DNA of 64,000 nucleotides from Eledone cirrhosa (GCA_964016885.1 OZ024740.1:147188001-147252000); one strand, 5' to 3'; numbered from the stretch's first letter, positions 45,773 through 57,074 are shown. Notes: generated by a model from the sequence alone, not told the origin. Translations and numbers: made by a program.

Positions 45773-47959
45773 TTATTGTTCATTTAGCTTGGGTTTGAAT
45801 TTATCAATAAAATTCTTTTCTTTGATTTTTCTCTTGATTTCATTTGGGCTGTGTAATTTGTAGAATGGGAATATTATAAATATTCCCTGACCACATGTTG
45901 CCAGGTGGCCGCTTAGGGGTATCTGACGGACATTTGGGTCTCTGATTTGTTGACGGTGTACCCGTGCACGTTCCGATAGTGCATTTCCAGTTTGACCGAC
46001 ATATAGTTCTTCACAATTCGGGCATTTAATGCAGTAAATTAGATTTCTGCTTTTGCAGTTCATATTTGCATTTGTGAATATTTTTCCAGTTTTTGTTTTC
46101 ATATATTGACCGGCGTGTATGGATTGACATGTGCCGCATCGATTATCATTGCATTTAGATACAGTGAATGATTGGTCTTTGTTGTTAAGGTCAAACTTTG
46201 CTTTTGTTAGCAATTGCTTCAAATTTTTTGGCTGTCTTTTACTAAGAGTCAAAGATCGATCTGTGATTAAGCCTTTTAATTCATTACTTTGAGCAATGAT
46301 CGGTAGGTTTGCTTTGGCAGTGTTGAAGATATTCTGGTGACATGGGTTGTGTGTCATTATAAATGGTATGACCAGTTCTTGGTTTCTTCTTCTTTGGGTT
46401 GTTCTAAGTTGTTGTATAGGTATTTTTATAGCCCGCTGTATGCCATTTTCTATAAGTAGAGATGGGTATTTTTGTTTGAGCAAAAATTCTCTTAGTTCTG
46501 TTAGGCGTTTGTACCTGGTATTCGTATCTTCTACAATGGTACAAATTCTTCTGGCTAGGCAGTATGGGATGTTGCGTTTTGTATGAGGTGGATGGCACGA
46601 CTTAAAATTCAGATATTGATGGGTGTCTGTGTGTTTATAATATATATCCGTGGTAATGGTGGTGTCGTTTTTGATTATCATTATATCTAGGAATGGTAAT
46701 TTGGTCCTACTCATCTCTTTTGTGAATTGGAGAGATGGGTGTAGGTTATTCAGGAGGATATTGAACTCATCCAGAGTATCTAGAGATTCTGTCCAGATGA
46801 TGAAACAGTCGTCAAGGTATCTCTTCCAAGATTTTTCAATGTACTTTCTAAAGTCAGTACTATATTTTTCCTCTATTTCTTGGTAGAGTTGTTGTTCTAA
46901 GTATCCCATTACAGAGTTCGCGTAAACGGGAGCAAACTTCGTTCCCATCGCTGTGCCTCTAATTTGGATGTAATTCTTTCCATTGAAGAAGAAAGTGTTA
47001 TTTTCCAGAATAAGTTTAACTGCGTCTAATATAAATGGCGCTGTGAATCTAATGGGAATCACTTCTCTATGTTTTTCCACCCAGTATTTAACCGCCTTTA
47101 TTCCTAAATCATGTGTAATGTTGGTGTAAAGGCTTACCACATCAAAACTGAGTAGAAGTGAATTCGTTTCCGTGGTTTTGGGAAGATGGGACAGGAAGTC
47201 GATATCATCCCGGATGAAACTGGGTATGTGAATACATAGTGGTTTCAAAATAATGTCAACAAAATTGCTTAGACGGTGAGTGGGGCATGTTGGACCAGCT
47301 ATAATAGGTCTAAGTTTTAAGTCTTTTGGGTGTAATAATTTAATGTACTCACTGTTTTGTTCTCTTACTGCCAGTTGTATTTCTTTTGACTTGTGAACTT
47401 TCGGTAGGCCATACAGGTTGCTGGGTTTCGGCTCAAAATTGGTGATGTAGTCTCTTTCCTTATCAGTAAATGAGTTGTGGTATTTTGAAGCCAGGTTGTT
47501 GATCTTCTTCATGATGTTGTGGTCTATATTTGACGGTATTTCATGATAGAATGTTGTGTCTTTCAGTTGTTCCTCAACCAAATCCTTGTAGTATTCAGTA
47601 TCCATTATAACAACTGCACCCCCTTTATCTGCTTGTTTAATTATTATTGTTTTATCATTTTGTATACGTTTAAGTGCAGACATTTCTGATTTGTTAATGT
47701 TTGGCCTAACATTAGTATTATGTCTAAGAGGAAATTTAGACAGGATGTCAATGTATTGGTCGAGATAGATATTTCTTCCTTTTGGCGGAGTGAAATTTGA
47801 TTTATTCTTTACTAGTGATTCATCACTCTCATTATTTTTATCAGCGAAGAATTCTACAAGACGTAATTTTCGACAGAATTCTTGGGTATCCTCCTTCAGT
47901 TCTTGGTGGTTGACTGTTGGAGTCGGTGTGAATTTCAGTCCTTTTGACAGAATTTGCAT
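45773..47959 (-). CDS. PLE reverse transcriptase and GIY-YIG endonuclease (inverted copy)
   Basis: Identical protein to 53459-55645. Confidence 0.95.
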   Translation of the reverse strand: MQILSKGLKFTPTPTVNHQELKEDTQEFCRKLRLVEFFADKNNESDESLVKNKSNFTPPKGRNIYLDQYIDILSKFPLRHNTNVRPNINKSEMSALKRIQNDKTIIIKQADKGGAVVIMDTEYYKDLVEEQLKDTTFYHEIPSNIDHNIMKKINNLASKYHNSFTDKERDYITNFEPKPSNLYGLPKVHKSKEIQLAVREQNSEYIKLLHPKDLKLRPIIAGPTCPTHRLSNFVDIILKPLCIHIPSFIRDDIDFLSHLPKTTETNSLLLSFDVVSLYTNITHDLGIKAVKYWVEKHREVIPIRFTAPFILDAVKLILENNTFFFNGKNYIQIRGTAMGTKFAPVYANSVMGYLEQQLYQEIEEKYSTDFRKYIEKSWKRYLDDCFIIWTESLDTLDEFNILLNNLHPSLQFTKEMSRTKLPFLDIMIIKNDTTITTDIYYKHTDTHQYLNFKSCHPPHTKRNIPYCLARRICTIVEDTNTRYKRLTELREFLLKQKYPSLLIENGIQRAIKIPIQQLRTTQRRRNQELVIPFIMTHNPCHQNIFNTAKANLPIIAQSNELKGLITDRSLTLSKRQPKNLKQLLTKAKFDLNNKDQSFTVSKCNDNRCGTCQSIHAGQYMKTKTGKIFTNANMNCKSRNLIYCIKCPNCEELYVGQTGNALSERARVHRQQIRDPNVRQIPLSGHLATCGQGIFIIFPFYKLHSPNEIKRKIKEKNFIDKFKPKLNEQ

Positions 47960-49256
47960 TTCATCATTGTCAAGATCTCTTTTAGATAAATTAATTATTT
48001 TAGGATCTACGTGTACAGCTGTTTTGGGTATGTTTCCTCCTGGAGTTTTTCTTTTTCCGGTTTTTGTTGTCCTGACGTTAAAAAATGAATTTTTCTCTGT
48101 TCAGGATTTATATTCCTGTTGGTGTTCGCTTGATGAACTTTTGGTCGTGATATTATATTTGGTTTCGTTATGTATTTTGTCCTATTTTTGGTATTCTGTA
48201 TATTATTTTTCTTCCTGTTAGCATTATTTTTAACAATCTGGGAAAATGACCTAGGTTTGCTTTCAGGTTTAGATCGTTTTTTCGTCCAGTTTCTTGTGGG
48301 CAATCTCTGTTGAGATCTTGAGAGTGATCTGGTTATTCTACGTTTTGTTTCCACATTCCTTGTTGGTAGTCTCTGTTGAGATCTTGAGAATGATCTCCTG
48401 GTTTTACTACTTCTCATGGTCTGGTCAAAGGAATACCTATCGTGTTTGTGCTTTTTGTTCATGTTGTGTGCGATAGGGTAAAACTACGAGAACTATGGAT
48501 CGGAGATATCTCAAAAGAAGAAAACAAATCAAGAAAGGTATGGCAGCAGAAACAATTATTTCTCGATGAATATGCTGCAAATTACGGTAAAGACTCTGGA
48601 ACCCTGAGAAAAAGCATTAAAAGTGGACAATCTCATCAACACAACATACGCCAGAACACGTGCCAACACAAACACTCACCTTACCTTGAATCAAAGAAGA
48701 ACTACGGTAATAACTCTTCGCTTTTTCTACAAAAACACCCTATCGCACACAACATGAACAAAAAGCACAAACACGATAGGTATTCCTTTGACCAGACCAT
48801 GAGAAGTAGTAAAACCAGGAGATCATTCTCAAGATCTCAACAGAGACTACCAACAAGGAATGTGGAAACAAAACGTAGAATAACCAGATCACTCTCAAGA
48901 TCTCAACAGAGATTGCCCACAAGAAACTGGACGAAAAAACGATCTAAACCTGAAAGCAAACCTAGGTCATTTTCCCAGATTGTTAAAAATAATGCTAACA
49001 GGAAGAAAAATAATATACAGAATACCAAAAATAGGACAAAATACATAACGAAACCAAATATAATATCACGACCAAAAGTTCATCAAGCGAACACCAACAG
49101 GAATATAAATCCTGAACAGAGAAAAATTCATTTTTTAACGTCAGGACAACAAAAACCGGAAAAAGAAAAACTCCAGGAGGAAACATACCCAAAACAGCTG
49201 TACACGTAGATCCTAAAATAATTAATTTATCTAAAAGAGATCTTGACAATGATGAA

Positions 49257-51443
49257 ATGCAAATTCTGTCAAAAGGACTGAAATTCACACCGACTCCAAC
49301 AGTCAACCACCAAGAACTGAAGGAGGATACCCAAGAATTCTGTCGAAAATTACGTCTTGTAGAATTCTTCGCTGATAAAAATAATGAGAGTGATGAATCA
49401 CTAGTAAAGAATAAATCAAATTTCACTCCGCCAAAAGGAAGAAATATCTATCTCGACCAATACATTGACATCCTGTCTAAATTTCCTCTTAGACATAATA
49501 CTAATGTTAGGCCAAACATTAACAAATCAGAAATGTCTGCACTTAAACGTATACAAAATGATAAAACAATAATAATTAAACAAGCAGATAAAGGGGGTGC
49601 AGTTGTTATAATGGATACTGAATACTACAAGGATTTGGTTGAGGAACAACTGAAAGACACAACATTCTATCATGAAATACCGTCAAATATAGACCACAAC
49701 ATCATGAAGAAGATCAACAACCTGGCTTCAAAATACCACAACTCATTTACTGATAAGGAAAGAGACTACATCACCAATTTTGAGCCGAAACCCAGCAACC
49801 TGTATGGCCTACCGAAAGTTCACAAGTCAAAAGAAATACAACTGGCAGTAAGAGAACAAAACAGTGAGTACATTAAATTATTACACCCAAAAGACTTAAA
49901 ACTTAGACCTATTATAGCTGGTCCAACATGCCCCACTCACCGTCTAAGCAATTTTGTTGACATTATTTTGAAACCACTATGTATTCACATACCCAGTTTC
50001 ATCCGGGATGATATCGACTTCCTGTCCCATCTTCCCAAAACCACGGAAACGAATTCACTTCTACTCAGTTTTGATGTGGTAAGCCTTTACACCAACATTA
50101 CACATGATTTAGGAATAAAGGCGGTTAAATACTGGGTGGAAAAACATAGAGAAGTGATTCCCATTAGATTCACAGCGCCATTTATATTAGACGCAGTTAA
50201 ACTTATTCTGGAAAATAACACTTTCTTCTTCAATGGAAAGAATTACATCCAAATTAGAGGCACAGCGATGGGAACGAAGTTTGCTCCCGTTTACGCGAAC
50301 TCTGTAATGGGATACTTAGAACAACAACTCTACCAAGAAATAGAGGAAAAATATAGTACTGACTTTAGAAAGTACATTGAAAAATCTTGGAAGAGATACC
50401 TTGACGACTGTTTCATCATCTGGACAGAATCTCTAGATACTCTGGATGAGTTCAATATCCTCCTGAATAACCTACACCCATCTCTCCAATTCACAAAAGA
50501 GATGAGTAGGACCAAATTACCATTCCTAGATATAATGATAATCAAAAACGACACCACCATTACCACGGATATATATTATAAACACACAGACACCCATCAA
50601 TATCTGAATTTTAAGTCGTGCCATCCACCTCATACAAAACGCAACATCCCATACTGCCTAGCCAGAAGAATTTGTACCATTGTAGAAGATACGAATACCA
50701 GGTACAAACGCCTAACAGAACTAAGAGAATTTTTGCTCAAACAAAAATACCCATCTCTACTTATAGAAAATGGCATACAGCGGGCTATAAAAATACCTAT
50801 ACAACAACTTAGAACAACCCAAAGAAGAAGAAACCAAGAACTGGTCATACCATTTATAATGACACACAACCCATGTCACCAGAATATCTTCAACACTGCC
50901 AAAGCAAACCTACCGATCATTGCTCAAAGTAATGAATTAAAAGGCTTAATCACAGATCGATCTTTGACTCTTAGTAAAAGACAGCCAAAAAATTTGAAGC
51001 AATTGCTAACAAAAGCAAAGTTTGACCTTAACAACAAAGACCAATCATTCACTGTATCTAAATGCAATGATAATCGATGCGGCACATGTCAATCCATACA
51101 CGCCGGTCAATATATGAAAACAAAAACTGGAAAAATATTCACAAATGCAAATATGAACTGCAAAAGCAGAAATCTAATTTACTGCATTAAATGCCCGAAT
51201 TGTGAAGAACTATATGTCGGTCAAACTGGAAATGCACTATCGGAACGTGCACGGGTACACCGTCAACAAATCAGAGACCCAAATGTCCGTCAGATACCCC
51301 TAAGCGGCCACCTGGCAACATGTGGTCAGGGAATATTTATAATATTCCCATTCTACAAATTACACAGCCCAAATGAAATCAAGAGAAAAATCAAAGAAAA
51401 GAATTTTATTGATAAATTCAAACCCAAGCTAAATGAACAATAA
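49257..51443 (+). CDS. PLE reverse transcriptase and GIY-YIG endonuclease
   Basis: Identical protein to 53459-55645. Confidence 0.95.
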   Translation: MQILSKGLKFTPTPTVNHQELKEDTQEFCRKLRLVEFFADKNNESDESLVKNKSNFTPPKGRNIYLDQYIDILSKFPLRHNTNVRPNINKSEMSALKRIQNDKTIIIKQADKGGAVVIMDTEYYKDLVEEQLKDTTFYHEIPSNIDHNIMKKINNLASKYHNSFTDKERDYITNFEPKPSNLYGLPKVHKSKEIQLAVREQNSEYIKLLHPKDLKLRPIIAGPTCPTHRLSNFVDIILKPLCIHIPSFIRDDIDFLSHLPKTTETNSLLLSFDVVSLYTNITHDLGIKAVKYWVEKHREVIPIRFTAPFILDAVKLILENNTFFFNGKNYIQIRGTAMGTKFAPVYANSVMGYLEQQLYQEIEEKYSTDFRKYIEKSWKRYLDDCFIIWTESLDTLDEFNILLNNLHPSLQFTKEMSRTKLPFLDIMIIKNDTTITTDIYYKHTDTHQYLNFKSCHPPHTKRNIPYCLARRICTIVEDTNTRYKRLTELREFLLKQKYPSLLIENGIQRAIKIPIQQLRTTQRRRNQELVIPFIMTHNPCHQNIFNTAKANLPIIAQSNELKGLITDRSLTLSKRQPKNLKQLLTKAKFDLNNKDQSFTVSKCNDNRCGTCQSIHAGQYMKTKTGKIFTNANMNCKSRNLIYCIKCPNCEELYVGQTGNALSERARVHRQQIRDPNVRQIPLSGHLATCGQGIFIIFPFYKLHSPNEIKRKIKEKNFIDKFKPKLNEQ

Positions 51444-51604
51444 TAACGCCTAGGGGTATTACTTCTACTACCACTATGACCACGACCACTAACAACAACA
51501 ACAACAACAATAATAATAATAATAAAAGTGATGTTGATGGTGATGATTAATAGAAAATGCTATTTTCATCATTTCAAAAAAGCAAAACAATTGATACGTT
51601 GGAT

Positions 51605-51790
51605 ATGACTATTGGTCGTTAGCATGTTCAACCAGCCGTGACGCTTAAACCAATCAGCTGTAGTAATTCAGTGAAACTACACACTGATTGGTCGAAATAC
51701 AGTTTACAGGGCTTTGCATTCTGGAGCCACTTTTCTCTGTATAAAATGTATAAAAGGTAGGAAATTTACCCATCTCATTACAGTTGAAAA
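51605..51790 (+). promoter_or_regulatory. Putative Pol II promoter in the pLTR
   Basis: ATTGG 51611, TGACG 51639, CCAAT 51650, ATTGG 51687, TATAAAA 51740 and 51749; about 300 bp upstream of the ORF1 ATG. Confidence 0.55.
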
Positions 51791-51818
51791 TTGCAAACTC
51801 GACTGTCACCACATATCA

Positions 51819-51857
51819 TGAACCTGAAGATTGCGAAAGCATGAAAGTACTTGTTCA
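51819..51857 (+). ncRNA. Minimal type I hammerhead in the pLTR; copies at 56021-56059 (+) and 45359-45397 (-)
   Basis: TGAAC-CTGAAGA-tTGCgaaaGCAt-GAAA-GTAC-TT-GTTCA; palindromic AGTACT stem III. Confidence 0.88.
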
Positions 51858-52061
51858 ATTAACACTTAGAATTTAATATTCTATCATACTATTTCATTAT
51901 AATACCATTATATATATTTTAAAGGATTGTAAATAAAACGAGTAAATCAGACAAAGTTGGAATTCCTCTTATTAATATAATCTTCTATACACAATCATAC
52001 ACACCCGTGTATATTTACCTATCTATATCTATATATATATTCCTATTGTGTATATGCCAAC

Positions 52062-53411
52062 ATGTCTGGAAAGCAACAAATGAAACCAACAGAATCAGAA
52101 AGAATTCTAAAGGAGATATCATCGAAATTATCAACACTTATCACGATGATGGACACACAATCCTCTATTTTAAAGGAAATAGAAAAACAATCTACAGACG
52201 GAAAACTTATAACTGAACATATAAACTCTGAAATTAAGAATTTAGCTGAAATTATACCAACAGTTATCAAAGATACAAGAGAAAGCCTACCACAACCCCC
52301 TTGGATGTCAGAAATAAACGAAAGAAATTTGGAAAACAAAACACATCGAATAAGAAAAGAAATGTGGAAGACATGGAAAAAATTCCTTAACATAAGAAAA
52401 CAAAATTTCTGGAAAGCATACAGATGCGAAAAATATGTCGAAACACATTCGAAATGGCTCTCTCTAACGGCACCCATACTCCCTCGTAAATACCTAATTA
52501 CAGAAATTGCAGGAGAACCAGAAGAAGAAACAAAACTCCGATGGGAACTTACATTGACAAAATTCAGGACCGACATCTCCATTTCTGAATGTAAACAATC
52601 CCGCTACAAAGCCAAATATGAAGCTATTGATGACCAAATTGAAGTTGAAATTTCAAAGCTAACGACTGGTATTATAGCTGAAAAACTACGAGAACTATGG
52701 ATCGGAGATATCTCAAAAGAAGAAAACAAATCAAGAAAGGTATGGCAGCAGAAACAATTATTTCTCGATGAATATGCTGCAAATTACGGTAAAGACTCTG
52801 GAACCCTGAGAAAAAGCATTAAAAGTGGACAATCTCATCAACACAACATACGCCAGAACACGTGCCAACACAAACACTCACCTTACCTTGAATCAAAGAA
52901 GAACTACGGTAATAACTCTTCGCTTTTTCTACAAAAACACCCTATCGCACACAACATGAACAAAAAGCACAAACACGATAGGTATTCCTTTGACCAGACC
53001 ATGAGAAGTAGTAAAACCAGGAGATCATTCTCAAGATCTCAACAGAGACTACCAACAAGGAATGTGGAAACAAAACGTAGAATAACCAGATCACTCTCAA
53101 GATCTCAACAGAGATTGCCCACAAGAAACTGGACGAAAAAACGATCTAAACCTGAAAGCAAACCTAGGTCATTTTCCCAGATTGTTAAAAATAATGCTAA
53201 CAGGAAGAAAAATAATATACAGAATACCAAAAATAGGACAAAATACATAACGAAACCAAATATAATATCACGACCAAAAGTTCATCAAGCGAACACCAAC
53301 AGGAATATAAATCCTGAACAGAGAAAAATTCATTTTTTAACGTCAGGACAACAAAAACCGGAAAAAGAAAAACTCCAGGAGGAAACATACCCAAAACAGC
53401 TGTACACGTAG
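52062..53411 (+). CDS. PLE upstream ORF1 (449 aa): helical N-terminus, basic R/S/K/N-rich C-terminus
   Basis: Uninterrupted ORF, ATG in gccaacATG context just after the pLTR; truncated copies at 48480-49209 (+) and 48007-48479 (-). Confidence 0.85.
   Translation: MSGKQQMKPTESERILKEISSKLSTLITMMDTQSSILKEIEKQSTDGKLITEHINSEIKNLAEIIPTVIKDTRESLPQPPWMSEINERNLENKTHRIRKEMWKTWKKFLNIRKQNFWKAYRCEKYVETHSKWLSLTAPILPRKYLITEIAGEPEEETKLRWELTLTKFRTDISISECKQSRYKAKYEAIDDQIEVEISKLTTGIIAEKLRELWIGDISKEENKSRKVWQQKQLFLDEYAANYGKDSGTLRKSIKSGQSHQHNIRQNTCQHKHSPYLESKKNYGNNSSLFLQKHPIAHNMNKKHKHDRYSFDQTMRSSKTRRSFSRSQQRLPTRNVETKRRITRSLSRSQQRLPTRNWTKKRSKPESKPRSFSQIVKNNANRKKNNIQNTKNRTKYITKPNIISRPKVHQANTNRNINPEQRKIHFLTSGQQKPEKEKLQEETYPKQLYT
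53333..53339 (+). other. Candidate -1 ribosomal frameshift heptamer T_TTT_TTA; copies at 49131-49137 (+) and 48079-48085 (-)
   Basis: ORF1 codons CAT TTT TTA; the -1 frame is open from 53318 through the RT ORF. Confidence 0.65.
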
Positions 53412-53458
53412 ATCCTAAAATAATTAATTTATCTAAAAGAGATCTTGACAATGATGAA

Positions 53459-55645
53459 ATGCAAATTCTGTCAAAAGGACTGAAATTCACACCGACTCCA
53501 ACAGTCAACCACCAAGAACTGAAGGAGGATACCCAAGAATTCTGTCGAAAATTACGTCTTGTAGAATTCTTCGCTGATAAAAATAATGAGAGTGATGAAT
53601 CACTAGTAAAGAATAAATCAAATTTCACTCCGCCAAAAGGAAGAAATATCTATCTCGACCAATACATTGACATCCTGTCTAAATTTCCTCTTAGACATAA
53701 TACTAATGTTAGGCCAAACATTAACAAATCAGAAATGTCTGCACTTAAACGTATACAAAATGATAAAACAATAATAATTAAACAAGCAGATAAAGGGGGT
53801 GCAGTTGTTATAATGGATACTGAATACTACAAGGATTTGGTTGAGGAACAACTGAAAGACACAACATTCTATCATGAAATACCGTCAAATATAGACCACA
53901 ACATCATGAAGAAGATCAACAACCTGGCTTCAAAATACCACAACTCATTTACTGATAAGGAAAGAGACTACATCACCAATTTTGAGCCGAAACCCAGCAA
54001 CCTGTATGGCCTACCGAAAGTTCACAAGTCAAAAGAAATACAACTGGCAGTAAGAGAACAAAACAGTGAGTACATTAAATTATTACACCCAAAAGACTTA
54101 AAACTTAGACCTATTATAGCTGGTCCAACATGCCCCACTCACCGTCTAAGCAATTTTGTTGACATTATTTTGAAACCACTATGTATTCACATACCCAGTT
54201 TCATCCGGGATGATATCGACTTCCTGTCCCATCTTCCCAAAACCACGGAAACGAATTCACTTCTACTCAGTTTTGATGTGGTAAGCCTTTACACCAACAT
54301 TACACATGATTTAGGAATAAAGGCGGTTAAATACTGGGTGGAAAAACATAGAGAAGTGATTCCCATTAGATTCACAGCGCCATTTATATTAGACGCAGTT
54401 AAACTTATTCTGGAAAATAACACTTTCTTCTTCAATGGAAAGAATTACATCCAAATTAGAGGCACAGCGATGGGAACGAAGTTTGCTCCCGTTTACGCGA
54501 ACTCTGTAATGGGATACTTAGAACAACAACTCTACCAAGAAATAGAGGAAAAATATAGTACTGACTTTAGAAAGTACATTGAAAAATCTTGGAAGAGATA
54601 CCTTGACGACTGTTTCATCATCTGGACAGAATCTCTAGATACTCTGGATGAGTTCAATATCCTCCTGAATAACCTACACCCATCTCTCCAATTCACAAAA
54701 GAGATGAGTAGGACCAAATTACCATTCCTAGATATAATGATAATCAAAAACGACACCACCATTACCACGGATATATATTATAAACACACAGACACCCATC
54801 AATATCTGAATTTTAAGTCGTGCCATCCACCTCATACAAAACGCAACATCCCATACTGCCTAGCCAGAAGAATTTGTACCATTGTAGAAGATACGAATAC
54901 CAGGTACAAACGCCTAACAGAACTAAGAGAATTTTTGCTCAAACAAAAATACCCATCTCTACTTATAGAAAATGGCATACAGCGGGCTATAAAAATACCT
55001 ATACAACAACTTAGAACAACCCAAAGAAGAAGAAACCAAGAACTGGTCATACCATTTATAATGACACACAACCCATGTCACCAGAATATCTTCAACACTG
55101 CCAAAGCAAACCTACCGATCATTGCTCAAAGTAATGAATTAAAAGGCTTAATCACAGATCGATCTTTGACTCTTAGTAAAAGACAGCCAAAAAATTTGAA
55201 GCAATTGCTAACAAAAGCAAAGTTTGACCTTAACAACAAAGACCAATCATTCACTGTATCTAAATGCAATGATAATCGATGCGGCACATGTCAATCCATA
55301 CACGCCGGTCAATATATGAAAACAAAAACTGGAAAAATATTCACAAATGCAAATATGAACTGCAAAAGCAGAAATCTAATTTACTGCATTAAATGCCCGA
55401 ATTGTGAAGAACTATATGTCGGTCAAACTGGAAATGCACTATCGGAACGTGCACGGGTACACCGTCAACAAATCAGAGACCCAAATGTCCGTCAGATACC
55501 CCTAAGCGGCCACCTGGCAACATGTGGTCAGGGAATATTTATAATATTCCCATTCTACAAATTACACAGCCCAAATGAAATCAAGAGAAAAATCAAAGAA
55601 AAGAATTTTATTGATAAATTCAAACCCAAGCTAAATGAACAATAA
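53459..55645 (+). CDS. PLE reverse transcriptase and GIY-YIG endonuclease; frame is open from 53318
   Basis: IINLS...LSKGLKFTPTP, ADKGG, LPKVHK, RPII, SFDVVSLYTNI, GTAMGT, RYLDD, FLDI; CNDNRCGTC linker (Neptune-like); LIYCIKCPNCEELYVGQT. Confidence 0.96.
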   Translation: MQILSKGLKFTPTPTVNHQELKEDTQEFCRKLRLVEFFADKNNESDESLVKNKSNFTPPKGRNIYLDQYIDILSKFPLRHNTNVRPNINKSEMSALKRIQNDKTIIIKQADKGGAVVIMDTEYYKDLVEEQLKDTTFYHEIPSNIDHNIMKKINNLASKYHNSFTDKERDYITNFEPKPSNLYGLPKVHKSKEIQLAVREQNSEYIKLLHPKDLKLRPIIAGPTCPTHRLSNFVDIILKPLCIHIPSFIRDDIDFLSHLPKTTETNSLLLSFDVVSLYTNITHDLGIKAVKYWVEKHREVIPIRFTAPFILDAVKLILENNTFFFNGKNYIQIRGTAMGTKFAPVYANSVMGYLEQQLYQEIEEKYSTDFRKYIEKSWKRYLDDCFIIWTESLDTLDEFNILLNNLHPSLQFTKEMSRTKLPFLDIMIIKNDTTITTDIYYKHTDTHQYLNFKSCHPPHTKRNIPYCLARRICTIVEDTNTRYKRLTELREFLLKQKYPSLLIENGIQRAIKIPIQQLRTTQRRRNQELVIPFIMTHNPCHQNIFNTAKANLPIIAQSNELKGLITDRSLTLSKRQPKNLKQLLTKAKFDLNNKDQSFTVSKCNDNRCGTCQSIHAGQYMKTKTGKIFTNANMNCKSRNLIYCIKCPNCEELYVGQTGNALSERARVHRQQIRDPNVRQIPLSGHLATCGQGIFIIFPFYKLHSPNEIKRKIKEKNFIDKFKPKLNEQ

Positions 55646-56256
55646 TAACGCCTAGGGGTATTACTTCTACTACCACTATGACCACGACCACTAACAACAA
55701 CAACAACAACAATAATAATAATAATAAAAGTGATGTTGATGGTGATGATTAATAGAAAATGCTATTTTCATCATTTCAAAAAAGCAAAACAATTGATACG
55801 TTGGATATGACTATTGGTCGTTAGCATGTTCAACCAGCCGTGACGCTTAAACCAATCAGCTGTAGTAATTCAGTGAAACTACACACTGATTGGTCGAAAT
55901 ACAGTTTACAGGGCTTTGCATTCTGGAGCCACTTTTCTCTGTATAAAATGTATAAAAGGTAGGAAATTTACCCATCTCATTACAGTTGAAAATTGCAAAC
56001 TCGACTGTCACCACATATCATGAACCTGAAGATTGCGAAAGCATGAAAGTACTTGTTCAATTAACACTTAGAATTTAATATTCTATCATACTATTTCATT
56101 ATAATACCATTATATATATTTTAAAGGATTGTAAATAAAACGAGTAAATCAGACAAAGTTGGAATTCCTCTTATTAATATAATCTTCTATACACAATCAT
56201 ACACACCCGTGTATATTTACCTATCTATATCTATATATATATATATATATATATAA

Positions 56257-56340
56257 AATAAGTAAGTCAACACATGTAAAATTTGGCTTCGTTTATTATA
56301 TAAACGAAGCCAAATTTTACATGTGTTGACTTACTTATTT
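56257..56340. repeat. Near-perfect palindrome, about 40-bp arms
   Basis: aaataagtaagtcaacacatgtaaaatttggcttcgttta...taaacgaagccaaattttacatgtgttgacttacttattt. Confidence 0.9.
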
Positions 56341-56440
56341 TACATTACTCCGGAGTAAACAAACCAACCTGCGTACTTCGTCGAGTACTTCAATATGCAC
56401 ACTGAGATATCGGTAAACAACCAACATATACTCAAAATTT

Positions 56441-56537
<97 letters not shown>

Positions 56538-56728
56538 AATATATACATATACATAAACATACATATAAATACATATGCGTGTGTGTGTGCGTATGTGTGT
56601 GTGTTTGAAAAAAAAAACAGAAGTTAGATGTATGTGGAGAGTTCATTATTTTACGATCGTTTCAGAGGATCGATTGAACGGTGGAGATCAATGTATCGAT
56701 AGCATGGTAGTGGTTAATTTACTACCTA

Positions 56729-57034
56729 CTAGCAGAATGGCCCGGCGTTGCTCGGGATTCTAAACATAGATTGACATGTTTATCCCTCCTTTCTGAAACA
56801 GTTTCGTCGTATGTTCACCAATTGATGCAGAAGTCCTAATAAAAAGTGAAGTCGCCTTCGGTGAATAGGCAAATAATTTTCCTTTAAGATTTTTGAAAAG
56901 CATGTAATTGCGTTCCCTCTCTTTTTTTGTTGTTGTTTTTGCTGCTGTCGAGCCTCATGAAATCAATACGTTTGTTTATATTTTGTTATTGTGTATGCAA
57001 AAATATCTGTACATGAATATATAATTATATATAT

Positions 57035-57074
<40 letters not shown>

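Larger units (their letters stand above)
45237..56238. mobile_element. Young Neptune-type PLE: inverted partial copy (45237-48479), 5'-truncated copy (48480-52035) and full 4202-bp unit, in (TA)n
   Basis: Three identical 728-aa ORFs; mirror symmetry about 48608; direct period 4202 bp; TA flanks. Confidence 0.97.

Noticed and set aside
48442-48479. N-terminus of the 255-aa ORF
   Set aside because: Chimeric reading across the inversion junction
52043-52582. Antisense ORFs over PLE and RTE coding regions
   Set aside because: Shadow frames of real ORFs
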